Positions 10,601 through 20,155 are shown, counted from the first letter of the stretch. The stretch: 64,000 nucleotides of DNA from Flavobacteriales bacterium (GCA_020635875.1 JACJYY010000004.1:232904-296903), one strand, 5' to 3'. Notes: generated from the sequence alone by a model not told the origin. Program-made: numbers and translations.

Positions 10601-10776
10601 TCGATAATTATAATAGTGATAAATATACTACCCAAAAAATCATTTATCCATTACATTATCTTATATATTGTGCTTTGTAAAAGTAGCTTAACTTGATAAA
10701 GACCAATCAAATATTTATTTTTCGGTCACTATTACAGGATAAATGGTCATTTTTTGAGATTAATCGGTTTATTTAC

Positions 10777-11688
10777 CTAAAATAATACATCAAAATTACC
10801 TATAACCTCACACCCCTCAATATTTTGGTATCGGATATTCTTAAAGTTACCCCCTTCAGTTTTAATTAGTGCAATATTATTTTTTACCACTACTCGATTA
10901 AACACTTCGTTATCTCCATAATAAAACTGATTTGTGTACACACCATCTGCTACTCCAATTAGTTCAATGGATATGGTCTTTTGTTCCTTGTTTATTGAGT
11001 GAGAAATGTATTTAGGACAAATGGTAAAAGAAGCCTTATGCGTCATGTCTTCCGTTATGTTGGCATTAGAATCGATTACTTTACAGGCCGAAGTGCCCAC
11101 AATACTGCCGCTTACGGTCATAAACAGTTCCAATTCGTATTTTCCTTCGTCTCTATAAGTTAAATCCTTATGTAAAGAAATTTCCTGAAATTTTTCCCAT
11201 TTACTTTCATTTGGATCATTTGACATAGTAACGCAATACCCATAGCCATCATCAAATACGTTGGTACCTGCCGCTCCACTACAATGGGTTACAAACAATA
11301 AAGAGTGGTTGTAATATTTTCCTAATATTCTATTTGTCAAATCATTTACTCTATAATCAACACTGATCTCACAAACGTTTTGATGCGCTGATTTTTTAAC
11401 CACTTTTATCTCTGCACCACCGAATTTTAAGGTGCCTGATCTACTTATGTGTTTACCAAAATCAAAACCTCTAAAATAAACACTAGGCGCATCCCATTTC
11501 CCTTCTCCTTGTTCAATGGCATTTTTTTGAGCATCATAACCCTCTATTTTGGATGATGTAATATTGTAGAATTGAGTTTTGAATCCTTCACCAGACATCC
11601 ATATTGCAGAAGCAAATGGTTGAATATCCTGAGCTTGTATAACTGAAATGAAGAATAGGGAAAATAGCAACCACCTTGATTTATTCAT
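10777..11688 (-). CDS. Secreted Cys-containing hypothetical protein
   Basis: Signal peptide MNKSRWLLFSLFFISVIQA-Q; about 300 aa; six Cys. Confidence 0.7.
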   Translation of the reverse strand: MNKSRWLLFSLFFISVIQAQDIQPFASAIWMSGEGFKTQFYNITSSKIEGYDAQKNAIEQGEGKWDAPSVYFRGFDFGKHISRSGTLKFGGAEIKVVKKSAHQNVCEISVDYRVNDLTNRILGKYYNHSLLFVTHCSGAAGTNVFDDGYGYCVTMSNDPNESKWEKFQEISLHKDLTYRDEGKYELELFMTVSGSIVGTSACKVIDSNANITEDMTHKASFTICPKYISHSINKEQKTISIELIGVADGVYTNQFYYGDNEVFNRVVVKNNIALIKTEGGNFKNIRYQNIEGCEVIGNFDVLF

Positions 11689-11789
11689 GTTTGTTCTTTT
11701 TGGGTTTTCAAGAAAAGCTAAATTTAACAAAAAGAAATATGTTTTTAATAGTTTGGGACGATGCACTTTTCACTTTTCTTTTTCAGCAC

Positions 11790-11882
11790 AGCATCATACC
11801 TGCTTTACTAGTAATAATCGGAGGAATTATTTTCCGATTTGTCATGGTAGAAGCAGGACAATTAACTCGATATCTCTATTAA
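11790..11882 (+). pseudogene. 3' remnant of a NrfD/PsrC-type membrane subunit gene
   Basis: IIPALLVIIGGIIFRFVMVEAGQLTRYLY* resembles the NrfD C-terminal helix (GG..FRF..V.AGQ); upstream sequence looks non-coding. Confidence 0.6.
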
Positions 11883-11894
11883 AATTTGAAAATT

Positions 11895-12425
11895 ATGAAT
11901 GATTTTACAAACAATAACCCTCACTCCTACTGGAACCCGTATTTTGGTGGTTTCCTATTAGGACTATTAATCATAGCTACATTCTACCTAACGGGACGTG
12001 GATTAGGAGCTAGTGGTGACATGAAAAGTAGTGTAGTCGCCCTAGTGGATACCGTTTCTTCTTCACATGCAGAGAAGAATGCGTACTACAGTCAATTCAT
12101 TTCTGAGAACCAATCTCCAATGAATACATGGTTGGTGTTCGAAACCTTAGGTGTTTTAATAGGAGCTTTTATCTCTGGAGCACTATCAGGCAGGATCAAA
12201 TGGAGAGTGCAGCGTTCTCCAAAAATCACCGCAAGACGACGTATTGTGTTTGCCTTGATCGGTGGAATTTTATTTGGATTAGGAGCACAGATTGCACGAG
12301 GTTGTACAAGTGGTGCAGCGTTAAGCGGTATGGCTGTTTTGTCAACCGGCGGTTTTATTACCATGTTGGCAATTTTTGGGTCAGCCTACGCTACCGCATA
12401 CTTTTTTAGAAAAAATTGGATTTAA
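11895..12425 (+). CDS. YeeE/YedE sulfur-compound transporter subunit (half-size)
   Basis: GLGAQIARGCTSGAALSG motif; TM helices. Confidence 0.88.
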   Translation: MNDFTNNNPHSYWNPYFGGFLLGLLIIATFYLTGRGLGASGDMKSSVVALVDTVSSSHAEKNAYYSQFISENQSPMNTWLVFETLGVLIGAFISGALSGRIKWRVQRSPKITARRRIVFALIGGILFGLGAQIARGCTSGAALSGMAVLSTGGFITMLAIFGSAYATAYFFRKNWI

Positions 12426-12443
12426 ACTTTTAAATAAACGACT

Positions 12444-13034
12444 ATGGGACCTTTATTACCTAACAATTTAATTCCAATGGAATGGAATAGTATAATTGCC
12501 ATATTGATAGGAATTGTTTTTGGATTTGTATTAGAATCATCAGGTTTTTCGTCTTCGCGAAAGTTAGCAGGATTGTTTTATGGTTATGACTTTGCCGTGT
12601 TAAAAGTGTTTTTTACTGCCGCAGCTGTTTCTGTTATTGGTGTATATTATATGGATTATTTAGGCTATTTAGACATTACTCAATTATATGTACATCCCAC
12701 TTATATCTGGGGAGCTATCATAGGAGGTGTAATCATGGGAGTAGGATTCGTAACGGGTGGATTTTGTCCTGGAACCAGTTTATGTGCCGTAGCCATAGGC
12801 AAATTAGACGCATGGATTTATGTAGTTGGGATTATGGTAGGGGTATTTATTTTCTCCGAATTATTTCCACTATTTGAACCTATATACGATGGTTATTTCC
12901 TTGGAAATATTACACTAATGGATTCTTTTGGATGGAATCCGTATTGGGTGATTTTTATCTTTTCGATAATCGCAGTAGTTGCCTTTTATGTCGCGGATTG
13001 GGTGCATAAAAAAGTAAAAAAGGTTTTTTATTAA
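12444..13034 (+). CDS. YeeE/YedE sulfur-compound transporter subunit (half-size)
   Basis: GIVFGFVLESSGF and GGFCPGTS motifs. Confidence 0.88.
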   Translation: MGPLLPNNLIPMEWNSIIAILIGIVFGFVLESSGFSSSRKLAGLFYGYDFAVLKVFFTAAAVSVIGVYYMDYLGYLDITQLYVHPTYIWGAIIGGVIMGVGFVTGGFCPGTSLCAVAIGKLDAWIYVVGIMVGVFIFSELFPLFEPIYDGYFLGNITLMDSFGWNPYWVIFIFSIIAVVAFYVADWVHKKVKKVFY

Positions 13035-13050
13035 TTATAAAAACACAACA

Positions 13051-13701
13051 ATGGTAGATAAACAAACAGCTAAATTTTTAGGATTTAGATACAAGTTCTT
13101 AGCTGCTATCTTCATTCTTTTGGCAGGAGGATTGGTCTTGTTGCCTAAGTATAAAAAGAACGAAGGTATCGCTCCCGAAAAATTATTGAGTCATATTATC
13201 AGTAGCGAAAGATATATTTCGACGGATGAAGTAGCTACAAAAATTATTGCTCAAGATCCCTCCTTTATACTAGTTGATCTGCGCGACGAACAAAGTTTTG
13301 AAAAGTATTCATTGCCTAACGCTGTCAATATTCCTTTGCAAAAGTTATTAAATAAGGATTCAGAAGGGTTATTAAATCAAGATCAGTTTGATATTATCTT
13401 TTTTTCGAACGATCACTTTTATGCAGATCAAGCCTGGATGCTTTGTACCCGATTAGGATATAAAAACTTAAAAGTACTTGAAGGTGGACTCAATCGCTGG
13501 TTTGAGACAATTATTAATCCACCTCTACCCGACCCAAATATGCCAGAAGAAGCCATAAAGTTATACAATCAAAGAAAAGCGTCAAGTATGTCTTTTGGTG
13601 TAAACTATACAGATCAAATACAAGTATCACAGAAGAAAGAAGAACCAAAAAAAGTACAAACCTTTAAAAAGAAAAAGAAAACAGCGGAAGGCGGTTGTTA
13701 G
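13051..13701 (+). CDS. Membrane-anchored rhodanese-like protein with Lys-rich tail ending GGC
   Basis: LVDLR...SLPNAVNIP...LGYKNLKVLEGGLNRW rhodanese fold; N-terminal TM helix; ends KKKKKTAEGGC. Confidence 0.85.
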   Translation: MVDKQTAKFLGFRYKFLAAIFILLAGGLVLLPKYKKNEGIAPEKLLSHIISSERYISTDEVATKIIAQDPSFILVDLRDEQSFEKYSLPNAVNIPLQKLLNKDSEGLLNQDQFDIIFFSNDHFYADQAWMLCTRLGYKNLKVLEGGLNRWFETIINPPLPDPNMPEEAIKLYNQRKASSMSFGVNYTDQIQVSQKKEEPKKVQTFKKKKKTAEGGC

Positions 13702-13722
13702 TTCAATAATATCTATTTAAGT

Positions 13723-14238
13723 ATGAAAGAATTAGAAAAAACACAGCGGATTTCAGTCGTTTCGACATTATTTATTTTGGCTATAGTTATTGGTTTATTG
13801 ACCTTCAAAAGACCTAAATACATTTATGATTTTACGCCTATACAAACTTTAGAGAAAATCGTGTCAAATGATTACCTAATTGGTTTAGAACAAATTAATA
13901 ACCCTAGCAATGTAATCATTGACATTAGAAGTCAATACGAATATGATGCTGCACATTTAGATAAAGCTATTAATATCAATGTAGCTGATTTATTAAGTGA
14001 TGAAAATTCACAATTGTTTGAAGACATTCAAAATGCAGGAAAGAATATTGTTTTTTACGGTAACTCTCCGGAAGAAGCTAACATTCCTTTTATGATATTG
14101 TATCAATTGGGATATACCAATTTAAAAATTGTAACTGCTGTCAATACCTATATCCCCAATACTTGTACGCTAGAAGGTTGTGTACCCGAGACCTCAAAAT
14201 ACGACATTGCAAAGTTTATAGTGGATTCGAGGAGTTGA
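13723..14238 (+). CDS. Membrane-anchored rhodanese-like protein, possibly 3'-truncated
   Basis: IIDIRSQYEYDAAHLDKAINI; LGYTNLK; N-terminal TM helix. Confidence 0.75.
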   Translation: MKELEKTQRISVVSTLFILAIVIGLLTFKRPKYIYDFTPIQTLEKIVSNDYLIGLEQINNPSNVIIDIRSQYEYDAAHLDKAININVADLLSDENSQLFEDIQNAGKNIVFYGNSPEEANIPFMILYQLGYTNLKIVTAVNTYIPNTCTLEGCVPETSKYDIAKFIVDSRS

Positions 14239-14286
14239 TAGTACTCAATAAACCTAATACATCAAATGTAACTCTTTGCCAAAAGC

Positions 14287-14997
14287 CTAAACTTTATGAA
14301 TAATAAAAAGTGTGGGTCTTTTGTGTAGGTCGATTTTTTCGTGCTTCCAATCTTTTGCCCTTTTTGTTTTAATGAATTCAGTGGCTAAAGTTATATCGCA
14401 AGCTACACAGAGTAGTGTGTCTGGATGGAGCAATTGTAATAAATCAGCCAATAACTGATTGTTTCTATACGGAGTTTCGATAAACAATTGAGACTGATTG
14501 TGATCTAAAGAAAGTCGTTCAAAATTTTTGATCGCTTTCTTTTTATCCGATTTATCAATCGGTAAATAACCATTAAAGGCAAAGCTTTGACCATTCATGC
14601 CAGATGCCATCATCGCCATTAAAATAGAGGAAGGTCCTACTAATGGTATAACTTTAATGTTGTTTTGATGCGCCAAAGCTACAATTTCAGCGCCAGGATC
14701 CGCTACACCAGGACATCCTGCTTCCGAAATCACACCAACGGATTGCCCGTCTAGACAAGGTTGAATATAAGAAGCGTACTCGGATGGTTCAGTTCTTTTG
14801 TTGAGGGGATACAACTTCAAGGAGCTTTGTTGTTTTTCTGGGCTAATATTTTTGATGAACCGACGTGCTGTTTTGTCGTTTTCAACAATAAAATGAGTAA
14901 GGCAATCAATGGTGTTTTTGACTGTTTGTGGAAGCACATCAAAGGGGTTGCTTTCTCCCATGGTGGTGGGGATAAGATATAAGCTCCCTTTGTTCAT
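14287..14997 (-). CDS. SAM-dependent methyltransferase (RsmI-like tetrapyrrole methylase family)
   Basis: SEAGCPGVADPG, GPSSI, IETPYRN. Confidence 0.88.
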   Translation of the reverse strand: MNKGSLYLIPTTMGESNPFDVLPQTVKNTIDCLTHFIVENDKTARRFIKNISPEKQQSSLKLYPLNKRTEPSEYASYIQPCLDGQSVGVISEAGCPGVADPGAEIVALAHQNNIKVIPLVGPSSILMAMMASGMNGQSFAFNGYLPIDKSDKKKAIKNFERLSLDHNQSQLFIETPYRNNQLLADLLQLLHPDTLLCVACDITLATEFIKTKRAKDWKHEKIDLHKRPTLFIIHKV

Positions 14998-14999
14998 GG

Positions 15000-15467
15000 T
15001 TATTTGTTGTTTTTGAGAAGTCTTTCTGCAATCACATCACAGGCTTGATCTAACATACGAAAAACAGTTTCAAATCCGTTTTGTTGTCCATAATAAGGGT
15101 CTGGAATATCCATGTTTTCTCCGGGAAACAACTCATTCAAAATCAAGATTACTTTTTCCTTTGACGCTTCATCAGGAGCCATTTCTAACACTTCCTTGTG
15201 TACAGAAAGATCCATGGTATAAATCAAATCAAACTGCAAGAAATCATTTTTTGTAATCTGTCTTCCTTTTTGGTACGTAATGTCAAGACCATTTTTATCG
15301 GCAACAGCAATAGATCTTGGATCAGGTTGTTTACCTACGTGCCAATGACCAGTACCAGCAGAATCAACAATAAAATCCTTTTTAGGCAACTTACTGGATA
15401 AGATGCTTTCGGCAAGCGGAGAGCGACAAATGTTGCCCAAGCAAACCATTAGGATTCTTGTTTTCAT
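15000..15467 (-). CDS. Low-molecular-weight protein-tyrosine phosphatase
   Basis: VCLGNICRS, DSAGT, DPYY. Confidence 0.95.
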   Translation of the reverse strand: MKTRILMVCLGNICRSPLAESILSSKLPKKDFIVDSAGTGHWHVGKQPDPRSIAVADKNGLDITYQKGRQITKNDFLQFDLIYTMDLSVHKEVLEMAPDEASKEKVILILNELFPGENMDIPDPYYGQQNGFETVFRMLDQACDVIAERLLKNNK

Positions 15468-15476
15468 AGCTTGATT

Positions 15477-16901
15477 TTACGAAAGTTTTGCGCTTAAATC
15501 GTCGACAAACTTTTTGAACTGCTTATCTGTTGCTAATAAGTTATCAACGGTTTTACAAGCGTGTAATACTGTAGCGTGATCTCTTTTACCAATTTTAGAA
15601 CCGATATTAGCCAAAGACGATTTGGTCAATTTCTTAGAGAAATACATGGCCAATTGTCTGGCTTGTACAATGTGTCTTTTACGTGTGGCTGATTGCAATG
15701 TTTCTACATCCATTTGGAAGTAGTTAGACACCACTTTTTGGATATAATCAATTGAGATTTCCTTTTTAACGTTTTTGACAAACTTATCGACTATTGATTT
15801 GGCTAAGTCTAGGGTGATTTCTTTCTTATTGAAAGAAGATTGTGCAATTAACGAAATAATAGACCCTTCTAATTCCCTGATATTTGTTTTGATGTGTTTG
15901 GCCACATACTCAACGGCTTCTTCTGGCAATGTAACCCCGTCACGATACAAGATATTGTTTAAGATGGCAATTCGGGTTTCGTAATCCGGTTGTGTCAATT
16001 CAGCAGATAGACCCCACTTGAATCGGGAAAGTAAGCGTTGTTCAATATCTTGCATGTCAACAGGAGCCTTATCGGAAGTCAAAATTACTTGTTTCCCGTT
16101 TTGATGCAGATAGTTAAATATGTGGAAGAATGTATCTTGTGTTCCTGTTTTACCGGATAAGAATTGGATATCATCCACAATAAGTACATCTACTAATTGA
16201 TAGAAATGAATGAAATCATTTCGCGTATTTTTTCTTACCGCCTCTACAAACTGTTGCATGAAAATTTCAGCTGAAATATACAATACAACCTTGTCTGGGT
16301 GTTTTTCTTTAATTTCTAAACCAATAGCATGAGCTAGGTGAGTTTTTCCTAAACCAACACCCCCGTAAATCATTAACGGATTGAAAGATGTTCCTCCTGG
16401 TTTATTGGCTACAGCCATACCTGCTGAGCGAGCCAATCGGTTAGAATCTCCTTCTAAGAAACTTTCAAAATTGTAGTTGGAATTAAGTTGAGAATCTATG
16501 TTGATGTTTCTGATTCCTGGGATGACAAAAGGATTTCTGATTTCAGCACTTTTATTATGAACAGGAACATCAATTTTTTGCGTTGTAACTGTTACTCTGG
16601 ATGAGCTAGGTAATTGTTCTGTGAAAGGCTGTTTATTACCTATTCCGTTTTCCATCTTGATACGATAAATCAAACGGGCATCATTTCCTAATTCTTTGTT
16701 TAAGGCGACTTTTAACAACTTTACATAATGTTCTTCTAGCCACTCGTAAAAAAACTTACTAGGCACCAGTATATGAAGAGCATTATCTTTAAGATCAAGG
16801 GCTTGTATTGGTTCAAACCAGGTTTTATACGCCTGTTCAGGTATGTTATCTTTGATAAATAACAAACAATTTTCCCATGCTGATTGAGCAGTCGTATTCA
16901 T
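15477..16901 (-). CDS. dnaA: Chromosomal replication initiator DnaA
   Basis: GGVGLGKTHL Walker A, IVDDIQF, RELEG, RDHATVLHA. Confidence 0.98.
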   Translation of the reverse strand: MNTTAQSAWENCLLFIKDNIPEQAYKTWFEPIQALDLKDNALHILVPSKFFYEWLEEHYVKLLKVALNKELGNDARLIYRIKMENGIGNKQPFTEQLPSSSRVTVTTQKIDVPVHNKSAEIRNPFVIPGIRNINIDSQLNSNYNFESFLEGDSNRLARSAGMAVANKPGGTSFNPLMIYGGVGLGKTHLAHAIGLEIKEKHPDKVVLYISAEIFMQQFVEAVRKNTRNDFIHFYQLVDVLIVDDIQFLSGKTGTQDTFFHIFNYLHQNGKQVILTSDKAPVDMQDIEQRLLSRFKWGLSAELTQPDYETRIAILNNILYRDGVTLPEEAVEYVAKHIKTNIRELEGSIISLIAQSSFNKKEITLDLAKSIVDKFVKNVKKEISIDYIQKVVSNYFQMDVETLQSATRKRHIVQARQLAMYFSKKLTKSSLANIGSKIGKRDHATVLHACKTVDNLLATDKQFKKFVDDLSAKLS

Positions 16902-16990
16902 TTATTAAAGTAATTTTTCGGTATATCTTTCTATTTAAATTAGGGGGCGAAATTGAGCAAGTCATGTATCCAATTCCTATGTGACAAAAG

Positions 16991-16999
16991 TGTGGATAA
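16991..16999 (-). promoter_or_regulatory. DnaA box in the dnaA promoter
   Basis: Perfect TTATCCACA on the minus strand, overlapping a CACTTTTG -7-like element. Confidence 0.7.
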
Positions 17000-17072
17000 A
17001 ATCACTAAAAAAAAAATTTTTTTGGGTTGTATTTTATAAAATTTTACCGTAAGGTTGTTCAAAATATAGGTT

Positions 17073-17477
17073 ATGAAAGAACACATTTATGAGGTACGCG
17101 TGAGATATGCTGAAACAGATAAGATGGGTGTAGTGTACCATGCTAATTACGCTATTTACTTTGAAATGGGACGTGTTGAGTGGTTGAGAAGTCTAGGCTT
17201 ATCCTACCGAGAAATGGAAGATAAGGGGGTGATGTTACCCGTTGTTTCTTTGACTATTGATTACAAACAACCTGCGTATTACGATGATTTGTTAAAAGTG
17301 ACAACATATCTCAAAGAATTTACAGGTGTAAAAATTGTATTTGGTTACAAAATTCAGAACCAAATGGAGTCCGTTTTGACAACAGGAGAGTCAACACTTG
17401 TTTTTGTAGACACGCAAACTAAAAGACCAACTCAAGCTCCAGGTTATGTAAAAGAAAAGTTTGAAATTTTGGAGTAA
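17073..17477 (+). CDS. YbgC/FadM family acyl-CoA thioesterase
   Basis: RVRYAETDKMGVVYHANY. Confidence 0.92.
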   Translation: MKEHIYEVRVRYAETDKMGVVYHANYAIYFEMGRVEWLRSLGLSYREMEDKGVMLPVVSLTIDYKQPAYYDDLLKVTTYLKEFTGVKIVFGYKIQNQMESVLTTGESTLVFVDTQTKRPTQAPGYVKEKFEILE

Positions 17478-17500
17478 ATCGTATCTATTTAAGTAAGGCA

Positions 17501-17566
17501 TAAGTATTAATTAGTAAGTATTAATTAGTAAGTATTAATTAGTAAGTATTAATTAGTAAGTATTAA
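17501..17566 (+). repeat. Tandem repeat TAAGTATTAATTAG, four full copies plus a partial
   Basis: Exact 14-bp units at 17501, 17515, 17529 and 17543; partial at 17557. Confidence 0.9.
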
Positions 17567-17656
17567 GTACTCAGAGTTAATAAAATTTGCAGCAAGAGTA
17601 AGCCACTTACTACTTACGCCTTACTAATTAATACTTAAACAATACTACTTAACACT

Positions 17657-17770
17657 TAAAAAGCCCATTGGGCTTCCGCTCAACAGGCTTTTTTTATAAT
17701 TAATCTTTAAAAACTTTTAAAGTCCAAGAGTAAGCAAACTTACTACTTACGCCTTATGACTTACTACTTA
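17657..17770 (+). repeat. Direct repeat copy A (contains a terminator hairpin)
   Basis: Near-identical to 20297-20408. Confidence 0.85.
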
Positions 17771-17776
17771 AAAGAA

Positions 17777-20155
17777 TTATTCTTTCACAATCTTAGTCGT
17801 CGCTTCTCCTCTATCCGTCTTAACCTTCACCAAATACGTTCCTTTCGGTAAATGAGAAACCTCAAAACTCATTTTAGACACTTGTGGTACGGATAATACC
17901 ATTTGTCCTTGTAGGTTGTAGATTTCAAGGGATTGAAGTTGAGCGTTGTTTTTAGATGTGATATATAATCGATCAGCTACAGGATTAGGGTAAACGGTTA
18001 ATTCATCTGTAAAGTCAAAATCTTCTACTCCTAGATGTTCCTCAACGATAGTTGTGGTTTCGTTATTGGTGATAATCGGAAAGTTAAAATCAAAGTAAAT
18101 ACTGGCTTGATTACTAAAACTATCTCCTAATTTAAGTGTCGGTAAAGTTTTGATTTTAAAAATTACATAGCCATCATTTGTAGCATCCTCAAATGGTAAT
18201 TGAATGCCTTCAAAAATGAATTCGACTTTATTGCCTGTAATACGAGTTTCAAAGTCATGACTTGCGTCCAAAGGCACCAACGTACTCACATCGAATTTAG
18301 ATTCATCAATTTCATCAACCACAACAATATTCTCCGCAGGAAAAGTCCCTGTGTTCTCAAATCGAATACGGTAATGAATGTACTCTCCTATCATTTCTGG
18401 TAAAACATCAGTTCCTTCCAAACAGGTTTTATCATTAGGGTCGTAAGAGCCTACAACTGTTTGTCGAAGTTCATGAGTATTATCATTTGGAGTTTCATCC
18501 GTACCGTCAAAACTAATTGAAGCCGTAAAGTTTAACAAATCTCCATTATTAACTGCAGGATCTTCCATTGGAGAGTTTACGTTAAACCGCACAAGTATTG
18601 AACTTGATTCAAAAGGTTTTAAATTGGTAAATTTCCATAGCACTTTACCATCATTGTTTTCAGTTGGCGATTCACTAGATGAATCAAAATCTAATACATC
18701 ATCCTTATAGTTGAGTTCAACTATTCCTGATAAAGAGGATGTTCCCTTATTCTTATATACAATCTTATATGTAGTATCAAATCCAGGTCGAGCGGGTATA
18801 CCAATGGGTGCAATTGTAATTTCTAAATCGTTTATATCTCCTATTGGAGTGATACAGAAATCTTGATTAATCTCTTTTAAATAATCCTCACTTGGTAGTT
18901 TTACATAAAAACTTTCAGGTTCTATAGAATAATAACTTCCATCCTCAATAATTGGGTAAATTGTATATGATCCTTCCTTTAAAAAAATTTCATAACTATT
19001 ACTCTTATCATAAATCATTTCAGTTAAGGATAATCTTTCATCAATTTTAAAATCTACTTTTGGCACGAATTGTTCTTCCTCTTTACAGTTAATAATATTT
19101 CCTGATATTTTGTGCCATTTACCGATACCATTAAAAGAACAATAAGAATTTATAAGAACATCATCTTTAACTCGAGATTTTACTAATTCATACTCTGACT
19201 CATCAACACATATTTTTTCAACGTTTCCAATCAAATATGTAGCTAACCCAGAAATACAATTGTTTGCACCATTTTTTAAATTTAGATATTCTAAATTTGG
19301 ATTACTTACTTTCCAATTTCTTAAATCAGGATTATTAGAAAAATCTAATTCTTTCAATTTGTTTTCTTGACACTCAATATTCCATAGTCTGTGGTTGTTT
19401 GACAAATCTAATGCTGATAATTCATTTGAAGAACAATGCAAAAACTGTAAATTTTTGTTTTTTGATAGATCTAAATAGTTGATTTTATTATTTTTACAAT
19501 AAATTCCTTCTAGAAATTCTGATGGTATATTTATACTCGTTATAAAATTATCATCACATACTAATGAGACCATCGGATTGTTTGAAAAATCTAATTGAGA
19601 TAAGCGATTATTGTTACATATAACATGAGATAATTTTAGGTTATTTGAAAAGTCAAAACTTGTCAATTCATTATTATTACATGTAATGGATTTTAGGTTG
19701 ATATTATCATGAGTATTAATTTCTGACAACTGGTTATTATAAACAATAAGTGAGCTTAATTTTTTTAATTTTTGTATGTTAAGAGTTATTAGTTTACTAT
19801 TTGCACATTCAAGTTCTTCTAAATTAAGATTTTTTGACAAGTCTAAATTTGTCAATTTGTTTCCACCACAAACTAGTTTCGTAATATTTGTAAAAAATTC
19901 TATTCCATGTAAATCCGATATTAAAGAACTTTGAACTTCTAATTTATATGCCAATTTAGCTTCGCTAACTTCAATTTCACCGTTTTTATTTTTATCTAAA
20001 GCAATAGCCCTACCAATATTATCAAAGGCAATTGGTTGATATGTGCCAGATTTTAAAAGTCTCTCTTTGAATTTTATGTCATTAAACTCAATAACCTGAG
20101 CATTCAAACCCACACAAACAAACAACAACCAAATTGCTATAAAAACTTTTCTCAT
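17777..20155 (-). CDS. T9SS type A cargo protein with leucine-rich repeats and a DUF11/DUF7619-like C-terminal region
   Basis: Signal peptide; LxxLxCxxNxLxxLD repeats; SYDPNDK; IRFENTG; CTD VYPNP...LPKGTYLVKV...KIVKE. Confidence 0.92.
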   Translation of the reverse strand: MRKVFIAIWLLFVCVGLNAQVIEFNDIKFKERLLKSGTYQPIAFDNIGRAIALDKNKNGEIEVSEAKLAYKLEVQSSLISDLHGIEFFTNITKLVCGGNKLTNLDLSKNLNLEELECANSKLITLNIQKLKKLSSLIVYNNQLSEINTHDNINLKSITCNNNELTSFDFSNNLKLSHVICNNNRLSQLDFSNNPMVSLVCDDNFITSINIPSEFLEGIYCKNNKINYLDLSKNKNLQFLHCSSNELSALDLSNNHRLWNIECQENKLKELDFSNNPDLRNWKVSNPNLEYLNLKNGANNCISGLATYLIGNVEKICVDESEYELVKSRVKDDVLINSYCSFNGIGKWHKISGNIINCKEEEQFVPKVDFKIDERLSLTEMIYDKSNSYEIFLKEGSYTIYPIIEDGSYYSIEPESFYVKLPSEDYLKEINQDFCITPIGDINDLEITIAPIGIPARPGFDTTYKIVYKNKGTSSLSGIVELNYKDDVLDFDSSSESPTENNDGKVLWKFTNLKPFESSSILVRFNVNSPMEDPAVNNGDLLNFTASISFDGTDETPNDNTHELRQTVVGSYDPNDKTCLEGTDVLPEMIGEYIHYRIRFENTGTFPAENIVVVDEIDESKFDVSTLVPLDASHDFETRITGNKVEFIFEGIQLPFEDATNDGYVIFKIKTLPTLKLGDSFSNQASIYFDFNFPIITNNETTTIVEEHLGVEDFDFTDELTVYPNPVADRLYITSKNNAQLQSLEIYNLQGQMVLSVPQVSKMSFEVSHLPKGTYLVKVKTDRGEATTKIVKE

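Noticed and set aside
11676-11789. N-terminal part of the 68-aa ORF 11676..11882 as a real gene
   Set aside because: It overlaps the start and promoter of the divergent gene; only the last ~30 codons look like protein (NrfD remnant).
16902-17072. oriC next to dnaA
   Set aside because: Only one perfect DnaA box in a short divergent promoter region, and a dif-like site lies nearby.
17501-17566. Possible CRISPR array
   Set aside because: The 14-bp units are head-to-tail with no unique spacers, and there are no cas genes.
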